The notes below the pieces were generated by a model. It saw nothing but the letters and a program-made list of their open reading frames with translations, had not been told where the DNA came from and did not search any database. Source: Octopus bimaculoides (taxonomy: Eukaryota). Taken from it: a DNA stretch of 64,000 bases. Where the stretch lies: positions 33,305,218 through 33,369,217 of the forward strand of contig NC_068995.1 in NCBI RefSeq assembly GCF_001194135.2, given 5' to 3'. Shown here piece after piece: positions 13,185 to 24,692 of the stretch; within the stretch, counting starts at the first letter, position 1; every line of letters starts with the position of its first letter. A program made the position numbers and the translations under genes.

Positions 13185-13794
13185 NNNNNNNNNNNNNNNN
13201 NNNNNNNNNNNNNNNNNNNNNNNNNNNNNNNNNNNNNNNNNNNNNNNNNNNNNNNNNNNNNNNNNNNNNNNNNNNNNNNNNNNNNNNNNNNNNNNNNNNN
13301 NNNNNNNNNNNNNNNNNNNNNNNNNNNNNNNNNNNNNNNNNNNNNNNNNNNNNNNNNNNNNNNNNNNNNNNNNNNNNNNNNNNNNNNNNNNNNNNNNNNN
13401 NNNNNNNNNNNNNNNNNNNNNNNNNNNNNNNNNNNNNNNNNNNNNNNNNNNNNNNNNNNNNNNNNNNNNNNNNNNNNNNNNNNNNNNNNNNNNNNNNNNN
13501 NNNNNNNNNNNNNNNNNNNNNNNNNNNNNNNNNNNNNNNNNNNNNNNNNNNNNNNNNNNNNNNNNNNNNNNNNNNNNNNNNNNNNNNNNNNNNNNNNNNN
13601 NNNNNNNNNNNNNNNNNNNNNNNNNNNNNNNNNNNNNNNNNNNNNNNNNNNNNNNNNNNNNNNNNNNNNNNNNNNNNNNNNNNNNNNNNNNNNNNNNNNN
13701 NNNNNNNNNNNNNNNNNNNNNNNNNNNNNNNNNNNNNNNNNNNNNNNNNNNNNNNNNNNNNNNNNNNNNNNNNNNNNNNNNNNNNNNNNNNNNN
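13185..13794. other. Assembly gap (N)
   Basis: Run of n. Confidence 0.99.
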
Positions 13795-14689
13795 TGAAAA
13801 AAAATTTTCAGAATCGGAATCTCCATAGCCTAAACCGTGGGATTCCGTAAAAAAAAAAAAAAACAAGGGGGGAAAGGTTCAGATTACATATAGTCCATCT
13901 GGACCAATATTTTTATTAATCTTTTCCTCTTTTATCTGATTTATAAGGGATTAAACAATTATAAAACTGTCTTTGAAAGTTTATGGCAGTGTTCAACCCA
14001 TCTGATATTACAAAAGAAGTTTAAGAAATCATGATTTTATTTTGGCCAAATTTTCAATTAAGAAGTTATTTTTCTTGTCATGTCTTACTACTTACTGATC
14101 CAAGATTTATTTACCTCATATAATTACGAATACAGAATAAACATTAAAAGAAATTGCTCAAAAACACATTTGCATATAATCAACCTATTTATCACTATTT
14201 TTACGTAATCCCTGTTAGGAAGCACTGCTCTATTTTGTTATTGTCTAAAAGAACGTTTTACATTACACACGGGAGATAACTCAGCAGTTTCCCTAAATTT
14301 CTATGTTTTAATTAGAATTTCTATCTAGATCAAGTCACTTTCGTTTCTTTCCTGTTTGGTGGTATTTTTTGGGGTATTCTTTCAAGGAAAGATTTCATAT
14401 ATTTCTTCTCCTCGTACCATTTGTCTCCAATTTTTGCCTTTTTACAATAAGTATTTAGTGCCCATGCAGACTGTTGCTCGTCTCATTTAACTGTAGTGAT
14501 TGTTATTTAGAAATGAGAAATTTATTAATTCCTTTTTATGTCCACTTCTCCATACGAATATTAATGTGTTGGACTTTTTTTTTTTTTTTTGTAAAATTCA
14601 CAAAAAGAAAAAACAATTATCGATTCCTTTTAAATCTAACAAACAAATCCAGTATTTTATTTACTTTGATGACATCACATGTTTATAAA

Positions 14690-15530
14690 TTACAGTGTCT
14701 AAATTAATTTTACATATTGGTTCATCAGTTTTATATTTTCTAATACAGATACAGCAATGTGCATCAGTTTTACTTTTTGACTTAACTTCTGATGGCCTTG
14801 TGTCCCGTCCAGAAACAGAAGCTACTTGAACTTTGTATGTTGAGTCTCGACAAGTGATCAAGACTGTTGGCGATTTGTTGTGCTTGAGAAGAGATGTCAA
14901 GCTTAGTGAAATTATAGTTGTGGCCAGTGCTAGTGACACATAAAAGAATTCAAGCATCATACATTCTGCTCTTCACTCAGAGAGAGGAGTCTATATCACC
15001 AGCAGAAGTAATGGCACCCTAAACATTTTCTGCTCTGTTCTACTACTATGCTTTCAGAATATTGGTGATAAGGTCACCTTGTTAATAGGATCAGTCACCT
15101 ATTTCTATGGAGCCTTCAAGGCATTTGTAGAAACTCATTTAAAGCTGCTCTTACCGCCACCCAACTCCTGTACATTTGTTACATAGGAAATTTCTACCAA
15201 CTCCATTTCTACATTCCAAACATGACCACTTCCTACATGGCAGTAGAGTTCTGTGTTTTTCTTGCTTAGAGTTTTGTCTTTGCTTGATTTACTTTTAGAC
15301 CTCATGATTCTAGGCACTACTTTCTGGTTTTGAACTTTCCATTTAATTATTTTACTGATTTGACTATCAGAACGAGTTGATCAGCATATGAGGTCCCATA
15401 GACAGCCAGTCTTAAACTTCCGTTATGGCTTGGAGGACCATAAATAAACAGTAAAGAATTAAGAACTGAGCTCAGATGGACTTAACCTGTGTATTAAATC
15501 TGTAAATGGATTTTCCTGAAGTAATTTCAT
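14690..15530 (-). mobile_element. Decayed RTE-clade LINE reverse transcriptase fragment
   Basis: Across frameshifts: …LLFIMVLQAITE/FKTGCLWDL/YADQLVLI (YADD-like), LES*GLKVNQAKTK, KWSCLECRNGVGRNFLC (zinc finger-like insert), RVKSRMYDA. Confidence 0.8.
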
Positions 15531-16194
15531 TAAAGGTTTCTTTTGATTATTGTTGTCTCATTAAAAGTATTTTTCAGAATTCTTCATTTCAGAAGACACT
15601 TTGAATAAAAAGCTTAGGGAAAGTATTATCATTTTATTTTGATGAATGCCAAATTAGTGAAGAAGGTACATGTTTTCTTTGCTTAAGACAATCTAACTAA
15701 CACACCAGAATCCAAAGAAACCATCAAAGATCTACATCAGCAAACCGTAAGTACAATATGTTATAAATTATTTTTCCATGAGAAAAAGAGTAGTGTAAAG
15801 TTTTTGGATATAACCTTTTTGGCAAAAGGTTTTTATGAACTTTCTATACAAGAGATCTCATATACTTTTAAGGCAGTCCTCCAGCATGGCCACAGTCAAA
15901 TGGCTGAAACAAGTAAAAGAATAAGACAATTAATGTTAGACATTTGTGCAGTGTCCACAGTGTTACAAATTATACAAAATCAAGATGGTCTAATTCCCCA
16001 GTTCAATTTCAATTCATCTATTTTGACCATATAATTACAACAATTTGCAATGCATAAACAGACAATGCAGAAAAGAAAACATATGTGGTTGAAAGGCTGT
16101 GATAATGGTCAAATTTGCCTGCAGGATATCATGGCCCTTGTGATTCCTATAACTAAAGCATGAGCAATGATTTTTTTTATTAACTGATAATCCT

Positions 16195-16402
16195 TTCTAC
16201 TGTAGACACAAGACCTGAAATTTGGGGTAGGGGCTAATCAATCACTTCAACCCCAGTTTTCAACTGGTGCTTATTTCATCAACCCCGAAATGATGAAAGG
16301 CAAAGTGTGCCTTGGCAGAATTTGAGCTCGGAACATGAAGACTGAAGAAATTCCGCCAAGCATTTTACCCAGCGTGCTAATGATGCTTCTAGCTCACCCC
16401 TT
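16195..16402 (-). mobile_element. SINE family A
   Basis: Reverse-complement match. Confidence 0.85.
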
Positions 16403-16610
16403 TTTTAATATCTAATAATAAAAATACTAATTTACAAAGTAGTGATTTAACTGAAAGTAGTAATATTCAATGCTGTAAATAACAGTAACACTATAAAATT
16501 GAGGATTGTTTTATTGGTTTACAATGCTGAGTTTGATTTTTCAAAAAGGAAAAGTTACCAGCCATAAGCTAACATCTTCCAATCCAGCTAAGATTTATCA
16601 GCAGAATTCT

Positions 16611-17062
16611 AGTTTAAGCACGCCACATAACTCCTCATAGCTTTTTTTATTTTTTGAAATTTTCAGAAAATATTTTTGAATTTGTGTTCTACGTGTGGGT
16701 ATTCATACAATTATAAAAAAAAAATTTGTAATCCTAAAAGCTCCACTCTTTTTCGAATTTAAAGTAGAGTCAAAATTTTTTGCTTAAATGCCAACAATGA
16801 ATCACCATTCCATTAAATTTGTTTAAGGGGAAAAAAACATTGAAAATCATCACTACATGTCGGAGTGACAAAGAAACAAGGGAGGTATCAGGTGATCATG
16901 AGATGTGCTGAAAACAACAGCTAAGTCGCCCTTAAATCACACACAATTTTTTGTTTTCATAATTGTATCAATTCCTGTGCGTGGAACACAAATTTGCAAA
17001 AATTTTCTGTAAATTCCAAAAAATAAAAAAAGTTATGAGGGGTTATATGGGGTGCTTAAACC
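16611..17062. mobile_element. TTAA-flanked inverted-repeat element, ~115-bp imperfect TIRs
   Basis: 16611-16728 matches the reverse complement of 16945-17062; termini ttaa|gcac…gtgc|ttaa. Confidence 0.72.
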
Positions 17063-17449
17063 TTAATTCCGCCAATTTATCATCTATACATACTATAGAA
17101 ACAAGAATTAAATACCGACTGTGGGGTTTGTGGACGAAATAAAGATTAAGATGATGATCTCATTGTTTGTATAAAATATAATATAGAAAGAAAAAAAATT
17201 ATCATTATCTTCTTGATTTTGTTTTAATAATCGACAATGAAAAATTACTATTTCTACCTTTGGTCCAAAACAACTTTTGAGAAGATAGGATACTAATTTT
17301 ACTGCATACTGTTCAATCAGCATTTAGATATCTAATTATTTGGTAAATCTTGATGGGTGTACTTATAAAAATTTACTGAAGTGTTTTGTGACATATATTA
17401 AGAAACAGAAAAAAAAAAAATGGTTAATGTTTACAATATTACCCAGAAG

Positions 17450-17970
17450 CGAAAACAAAAAAAAAATGGTGCAATGGGTGTAAAAAAAATGTGTATGAAA
17501 TGAATATGAAAATAAAAATGCGCGCAAAGCAACGGGGTGGGGAGAGGACTTTCGGAAAATTCACAAGATCGGAAAGGATTTTTCCGACAAATTTCTTTAT
17601 AACTGTAATGTATGCCGTTTGAAAGATATTTATATAAAATTTCGTTTAAAAGATATCCATTTTCCTCAAAGTTATGGGCGAAAAAATCGGAACTTCTGAA
17701 TTTTCCGAAAGTCCTCTCCCCACTCCCTCGGAAAAGATTTTACCCACAAATTTCTTTATAATCGTAATCTATGCCATATGAAAGGTATTTGTACAAAATT
17801 TCATTTAAAAAAACCAATTTTCCTAAAAGTTATGAAGGAAAAACTCGGATCTTGGAAATTTTCCGAAAGTCCTCTCCCCACCTGCGCCCCCATTGCTTTG
17901 CGCGCGTGTTTGTTTTCATATTCGTTTCATACACATTTTATTTACACCTGTTGTACTTTTTTTTTTTCGT
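17450..17970. mobile_element. Inverted-repeat element with ~110-bp TIRs and an internal ~160-bp tandem duplication
   Basis: GTGGGGAGAGGACTTTCGGAAAATT at 17537 inverted at about 17700 and 17860; internal units 17575-17735 and 17735-17880. Confidence 0.75.
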
Positions 17971-18035
17971 TTCCGAGTAATATTGTAAACATTAACCAAA
18001 ATAATTTTTCCCGTGAAAATGGCGGGGGGGGGGCG

Positions 18036-18235
18036 NNNNNNNNNNNNNNNNNNNNNNNNNNNNNNNNNNNNNNNNNNNNNNNNNNNNNNNNNNNNNNNNN
18101 NNNNNNNNNNNNNNNNNNNNNNNNNNNNNNNNNNNNNNNNNNNNNNNNNNNNNNNNNNNNNNNNNNNNNNNNNNNNNNNNNNNNNNNNNNNNNNNNNNNN
18201 NNNNNNNNNNNNNNNNNNNNNNNNNNNNNNNNNNN
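18036..18235. other. Assembly gap (N)
   Basis: Run of n. Confidence 0.99.
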
Positions 18236-18255
18236 TCGCTAAAAAAAAAAAAAAA

Positions 18256-18418
18256 CTCGGATTTTTCGCGTGTAATCAACTACCCTGACATTAAGTGCCG
18301 CAAACCCCTGGTTTTCGTTCGGAAAAAAAAGGGTAAATTTTGATAAGTATACCCGCACGCGTTTCACTAAGAAAAAATATATACCTCGGATTTTTTGCGT
18401 GGAATCAAGTACCCTGAC
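18256..18418 (+). repeat. Two 34-bp imperfect direct repeats
   Basis: CTCGGATTTTTCGCGTGTAATCAACTACCCTGAC (18256-18289) and CTCGGATTTTTTGCGTGGAATCAAGTACCCTGAC (18385-18418). Confidence 0.85.
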
Positions 18419-18708
18419 CTCAACAATCATTATTACAGATACCTGAACATGAAAAATTCCTAAAATCGTTGCACTCTTAACTTATTGAATGTTTTGTATT
18501 TAAAAATAAAATTAAAATTTAGGTAATAGTAATAAAACTGATATTTAACAGATAATTAACGGCAATATTTTGGAATCGTCGTTGTGTAAATAAACAAAAG
18601 CATGAACACGTGTTTACGTGTATTAAAGTACAGTAAATACAGAATAATAAATAAATAGGGGAAAATATTTCTGAGAAAGTTTCTAAAACCCTTCACCGGA
18701 TGTGGATA

Positions 18709-18720
18709 GGTCACGTGACC
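18709..18720. promoter_or_regulatory. Perfect palindrome GGTCACGTGACC (E-box / CLEAR-type motif) 7 bp before the ferritin ATG
   Basis: Sequence seen directly; GTCACGTGAC is the MiT/TFE (TFEB) CLEAR consensus and also a USF site; function inferred. Confidence 0.4.
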
Positions 18721-18727
18721 AAACAGC

Positions 18728-19252
18728 ATGAACCTGAGGAAAATGTCTGCTCGACAGAATTATCATCACAATTGTGAGGAGATATTGAATGAATGCATCA
18801 ACGTATTACTCAAGTCAGCATACGTAAACCAATGCCAGGCTGCACATTATGACAGGAGTGATGTTGCTTTAAAGGGATTTCATCTCTTCTTTGAGAAATT
18901 AAACCGTCAACATCTTCACCAAGCAGACAAACTCATGGAGTACCAAAACAAACGTGGTGGACGCGTTGTTTTACAGAATATTGACGAACCCGAGATTTCG
19001 TTTTGGGACTCTGGTGCTTCTGCCATGGAATATTCACTTGTCGTTGAAAAAAACATCAACCAGCACTTTCTAAAGCTGGTTTTGTGTGCTAAAAAGAACG
19101 GAGATCCTCAACTCATTGGGTTCCTTAAGAAGATTGCCCTTGGAAAACAAGTTGAAAACATCAAGCAAATCTCTGATTACATTTCAAGATTGAACCAGTT
19201 GGGCGAAGGCCTCGGTGAATATATGTTTGATAAAGAAACACTTCAGCATTGA
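18728..19252 (+). CDS. Intronless ferritin-like protein (probable retrogene, divergent ferroxidase centre); real start may be the second ATG at 18743
   Basis: 174-aa ORF with ferritin motifs ARQNYH, DRSDVALKGF, KLMEYQNKRGGRVVLQ, EKNINQ and GEGLGEYMFDKETL; no introns, stops or frameshifts. Confidence 0.93.
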   Translation: MNLRKMSARQNYHHNCEEILNECINVLLKSAYVNQCQAAHYDRSDVALKGFHLFFEKLNRQHLHQADKLMEYQNKRGGRVVLQNIDEPEISFWDSGASAMEYSLVVEKNINQHFLKLVLCAKKNGDPQLIGFLKKIALGKQVENIKQISDYISRLNQLGEGLGEYMFDKETLQH

Positions 19253-20485
19253 GCATATTGCATTGTGTTGATGTTCTGTGGAAATAGTTCAAATATATAA
19301 TCTCAACAGAGAAATTATTATTTTGTAAGAATCTCAGCTAAAATGTATCTTCTAAAAACATGCTTATTATTAACGTAACTCCAGTATAGTTAGCTTGAAG
19401 GAAGAGGAACTCAAAAGTTTTCAAAAATCACAATAATTTAAACAGATTTAAAAGATTTTTTTCAAGGATCAAAATTTGTATTTCTTCCACGATTAAACGT
19501 TTTGTAATTTATATTTGTTATCTTAACTATTTTTTATCTTTAAACTATTTGCTGTATTCAATTCGTTAGACTCAATGTCTCGCTATGAATGGAATAATTT
19601 TTATGTTTCTTTCTAATCTTAATTGAAAATAATAGTCTGATATGATTTAGATAATTTGTTTTTTTAAAGTAATATTTGTTACACTGATAAACTATATCAT
19701 TATAAAGGTATCCTATTCCAAAGATGTTCCAACCTCGACCACCACTATCCATGTTTCTTAAGAGCAATACAACTATATTCATACCACAATCTATACGTGA
19801 TTATCTTTTATCTCGTCTCTTTTTTTCTTTTTAAATCAAAATCTTCTTCATTTCCCATCTTACCATTTTCTTTTTATTGAAAAGAACACATTGTATAGTA
19901 TAATGCAGAGTGCAACATGAAAAATAAAAGATGGAATGGTTATGGGTAGAATGCTAGGGGTCATAAGTCAACTGCATTGGAGCCAACCTGGTGCTAAACA
20001 ATGACGTTGTGACAGACTGACCCATTTTTAAATATTTTTCAGATATAACGTACATCAGACTACATTATCTGATGTGTCCCCTAAAATAAGTAATAAAAGA
20101 TAGTTGGGTTCTGATATCTAATAGCTTAATAATCTAATTATTGTGATTACTTAATAATATTGAAGATAGTAAATTGCATGCAGAAGATATTGGTTTAAAA
20201 AAAAGATGAGATGGTCACATCGGGAATGCAGGACGATCACAGAAGACTCTTAAAAAAGACCAGACAGTCTTCGTTGAAATGCTTTTAGAAAAGTGGGATG
20301 GTCACATATGGAATGCCTTCATAGAAAGATGAGCATTTTGAGTGAACTGCACATGCACATCAATGCATGTGCAAATGAATTAGTTGTGCTACTTTCCATT
20401 TTGAAATTTTTTTGGTTTCAGGTGTAGAACTACAGGATAACCTTTAGGTAGTAGGGTATGATATATATAATGTGTGTGTGTGAAA

Positions 20486-20772
20486 GCACATGGCTCAGTT
20501 AGTATCGGGCTTACAATTGTGAGGTTGTGAGTTTGATTCCCAGACTGGACTGTGTTCTTGAGCAAGACGCTTTACTTCACATTACTCCAGTTCACTCAAC
20601 AGTAGAAATGGTGCCAAGTTGTATCGATCTTGGTCTTTCCCTTGGACAACATCAGTGGTATGGAGAGGGGACACTGGTGTGTATGGACAACTACTGGTCT
20701 TCCTCAAACAACCATGCTCGAGGGGAACTTTCTAGGTGCAATACCATGGTCATTCATGACCAAAGGGGGTAT
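20486..20772 (+). mobile_element. SINE family C
   Basis: tRNA-like head GCACATGGCTCAG…GAGTTTGATTCC; end CCATGGTCATTCATGACCAAAGGGGG. Confidence 0.82.
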
Positions 20773-20774
20773 TT

Positions 20775-20830
<56 letters not shown>

Positions 20831-20844
20831 GTGCCACATAAAAG

Positions 20845-20990
20845 TATCCAGCACACTCTGTAGACTGGTTGGCATTAGGAAGGGCATCTAGCCATAGAAA
20901 CCATGCTGAATCAGACTGGAGTCTGCAGCTTGCCAGCTCTGGTCACATCATCCAACCCATGCCAGCATCACCAACAGACGTTAAATGAAT
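20845..20990 (+). mobile_element. RTE-associated 3' end fragment
   Basis: GGTTGGCATTAGGAAGGGCATC…CCCATGCCAGCAT…GACGTTAAATGA motif shared with 54094-54720. Confidence 0.75.
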
Positions 20991-21464
20991 CTTCTCCCTG
21001 ACATATGATAGATGACTCGCGCGCGCGTGTGTGTGTATATATATAATGTTACTTGGCTTTATGTTACATGTATTAGATTTAGCTGAATCAAATATTGATA
21101 GATTGTTATTTTTCACCTCATTCGGAAAATCTAAATAACTTTGTTGTTGTTTTTTTTTAATATTTATGCATTTTTTTTTTTTAAAGTTGTTTTTTTAACC
21201 CTTAAACTGGCTTTTATCAGAGATCTTTTTGTTGGAATCAGTCGTATGAAATTAAATGAAATAGAAAGCTGTTGTTCTTAAAGAAAAACTGAACCTCATC
21301 CTCCATCGATTCTGACCAGAAATAAGGAATTGTGCTGATATCATTGCTATAACTGTTTCTCAAGAAATATTCTGCTGGAAAATATTAATAGATTTACAAG
21401 TGATAATTGTTCTTAATGAAATAATTGAAAGAGGATGTACCTTCTGTTTATATTATAGGATGTC

Positions 21465-21665
21465 TAAGGCAGTGAGCTAGCAGAATTGTTAGTATGCCAG
21501 ACAAAATGCTTAGTGGCATTTCATCTATCTTTATATTGATTTCAAATTTTGCCAAGGTCAACTTTGCGAGGTTGATAAAATAAATACGAATCAAGCACTG
21601 GGGTCAATGTAAATGATTTACCCCCAGCCCAAGAAATTTGCCTTGTTTGGCAAGCTGTTACAGTT
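21465..21665 (+). mobile_element. SINE family A
   Basis: AAGGCAGTGAGCTAGCAGAATTG head. Confidence 0.82.
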
Positions 21666-21850
21666 TCTAGAATTAGGGTGAACATCCATCGTCTGTTGCT
21701 ACTGCGAGAAAAATAAGATGTTAAACCTTTTACAAAAGCGTCTAAATATAAGGAAAAATAAATATGCAAAATGTGCATATATATAAAGTTTCTTTATAGG
21801 CACTACTCAGAAGTGCTCAGATAAAAGACCTGAGACGCAAAGGTATAAAA

Positions 21851-22674
21851 AAATGTTAAGGAGAACTTCAGATAGGTTCAACAATTTAATTATACAGATA
21901 TTCTGCTATAGATCAATGCATATCAGTCTTTAAAATATACCACTGTATAAGTCGTTAAAATACTAAAACGTATTAAAAATTCATGAATTCACAAATATAT
22001 AAAAATCTAATATACGTATATAAATAGATGAGTGTAAGTAGGTTAGAACAACGTTGTAAAAATTATTAAGAATAAAAGTATGCCTTTACAAAAAGGTGAA
22101 TAACGTAGAATCGTCCAAAGAGCAAATAAAAAACAAAACATTGTCGCATTGAGGATGGAATATTTAAAAAAACATACGTAAATAATCCAAGAGAATAAGT
22201 AATGTTAAGGTAAAATGTTGATGGTAATCCTCTTATGGTCGTTTCAGGGGTTCAATAATCCATAGATTTTAAGGGTGTTTTCATTCTGAAAATTCGATAC
22301 TGCCTCCTTCATTAACATTTTATCTTAACAGCATTACTTATTCTCTCAGATTATTTACATGTTTTTTTAAATATTCCAACCTCAGTGCTATGATGTTTTT
22401 GGTTTTTTTCTTTATTTGCTCTTCAGAAGATTTTACTTTATTCACCTTTTTTGTAAAGGCATACTTTTATTCTTAATAATTTTTACAACACCGTTCTAAT
22501 CTACTTATCTATTTATATATATATATTTGATTTTTATATATTTGTGTATTCATAAATTTTTAATATGTTTTAATATTTTAATGACTGATCCAGTGCTATA
22601 TTTTTAAAGACTGATATGATAGAATATATGTATAAATAAATTGTTGAACCTATCTGAAATTTTCCTTAACATTT
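21851..22674. mobile_element. Large foldback element, ~370-bp arms, ~85-bp spacer, (TA)n at right end
   Basis: 21851-22223 matches the reverse complement of 22309-22674 along its length. Confidence 0.88.
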
Positions 22675-22689
22675 ATATATATATGCGTG

Positions 22690-22910
22690 TGTGTCTTTGT
22701 GTATGTGTTTGTCCCCACCACTGCTTAACAATTAGTGTTCATGTGTTTATGTCCCTGTAACTTAGCAGTTTGGCAAAACAGACTGATAGAATAAGTACCA
22801 AGCTTAAAAAGAAAATAAGTATTGGAGTAGATTCATTCGAGTAAAATTCCTCAAGATGGTGCCCCAGCATGGCTGTAGTCTAATGACTGAAACAAGTAAA
22901 AGATAAAAAA
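22690..22910 (+). mobile_element. SINE family B, 3' half
   Basis: Match to family B tail. Confidence 0.82.
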
Positions 22911-23854
22911 TAAATACACTTCACATATTATGCTGGTACACATGACATATTATCATATTCGATGATTGAGTTATTTTCAAGACTTTATTTGAGGGATGAA
23001 AAAAAGCCAGTTTGTAAACTATTTTCTGAATGTAAATCCTGAGACCCTGATAAATAAATGATAATAAAAAAAAATTTTTTAAACAGATTGACAGGGTGAG
23101 GGATCAGCATTGGCAGATCTGATATCAAGTAAAGTTTTCAAACACTTTGAAATATCATTGCTAACATTTGGACATGTTAAATGGAGAACAGTGAGCAGCT
23201 TTGACAAGAACATGATTGAAATTTGTCTCTTGACTGGTTTAGAAATTAAATTTTGACTAAGTAAAAAAGATAAGTAAAATATAATCTAATTATTGAATAG
23301 AGCATTGTAATTGTAAGAAAAACATCACTCACTAAGCTTGTACTTAGAGGCAGTGGAGTATCTACATTATTACACAACTCGCTTAAAATAACATCTGAAT
23401 TTCTATTAACAAACTTCCTACTGCCTATAAATGAGTATCATGTTAAATATCCTAGACAAATTGTTAAAATTATATTTTTTCCAGATTAATAACCTTTTAT
23501 TTGTGTACATCCACAGTGCTTCATCTAATTTGATCTCTAATTGTGATCATGTGTCTTATTACTGGATATGTACATGGTTTAAAAGTGAATTCAACAACTT
23601 TTATTTCTAAACTAAGAACAGTAATGTCCATATCCACTAAGCCAATAGCACATTTATGTTAAAGATAGAGTTGCAGAATTAATTCAGAGAGGGAAGAGCT
23701 GTTTTATTTCATTCAGGATCCTGTATTTCTGTATTCAAATCCTGCAAGATTAACTCTTTTGTCCTTCATTTCTGCTGAATTAGTAGAGGAGGTACAAATA
23801 ATATATCAAATCTTCAAAATAAATGGATTTTTATAGACTAATTGCATGAGGGTG

Positions 23855-24055
23855 GAGGCACATGGGAAAGTTGTTAGGGTGTAGGTCACATGATTGTATG
23901 ATTGCAGTTTTGATTCCTGGACCAGGTAATGCATTGTGTTCTTGAGCAAAACACTTCATTTCATATTGCTCCAGTCCACTCAGCTACTAAAAATGGATAA
24001 TCCTGTGATGGACTGATGTCCTGTCCAGGAGGAATATGTACACCAGAGAAACCAA
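23855..24055 (+). mobile_element. SINE family C, diverged
   Basis: GAGGCACATGGG…TTCTTGAGCAAAACACTT…CTCCAGTCCACTCAG. Confidence 0.7.
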
Positions 24056-24321
24056 CCATGTGATCTTTATAGAGTAATGTGGACTAGCCATACCACCAAT
24101 TACATGAGAGAAGGTAACTGCAATCAATACTGGAGAGCTAGAAGGTAAAAGTCAACTCTGACAGAGTTTGAATTTAGAAGAATGAATACTCTGGAATATT
24201 TTTGTCCAACAGTCTTTTGTTTCTACCAAATCTTTGTTAAATATCATTAAAGTATTTTATAAGAAGACAAAAACATTTTCTGCAAAGTTATATGTAATAA
24301 GTATTAGAAAAGCTTACATAT

Positions 24322-24692
24322 AGGTGCAGATGTAGCTGTGTGGTAAGAAGCTTGCTTCTTAATCACATGATTCCAGGTTCGGTCACAGGCAAGTGTCTTC
24401 TACTATAGCCTTGGGCCAACCAGAGCCTTGCTAGTGGGTTTGGAAGATGGAAGCTGAAAGAAGCTTGTCGTATGTATGTGTGTGTGTGTGTGTGTGCCTG
24501 TGTTTGTTCCCCACCACTGCTTGACAACCAGTGTTGGTGTGTTTACGTCTCTAACTTAGTAGTTTGGGAAAAGAGACTGATAGAATATGTATGAGGCTTA
24601 AAAATAAAAGTACTGGGGTTGATTCATTTGGCTAAAAATTCTTCTAGGCATGGCCTCAGTCTAATGACTGAAACAAGTAAAAGATAAAAGAT
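24322..24692 (+). mobile_element. SINE family B, full length
   Basis: GGTGCAGATGTAGCTGTGTGGTAAGAAG head and GAAACAAGTAAAAGA tail. Confidence 0.88.

Noticed and set aside
11890-13866. ORFs of 165-262 aa
   Set aside because: Artefacts of N runs; the same applies at 17992-18288 and 37616-38306.
14330-15410. Apparent selenoprotein-like gene (in-frame TGA in …IC*ST… and …GGGVK*DEQ… via a GTAAG donor at 15154)
   Set aside because: Other frames of 14690-15530 match an RTE LINE reverse transcriptase (YADD-like motif, zinc finger insert). The TGAs are decay mutations and no selenoprotein motif fits.
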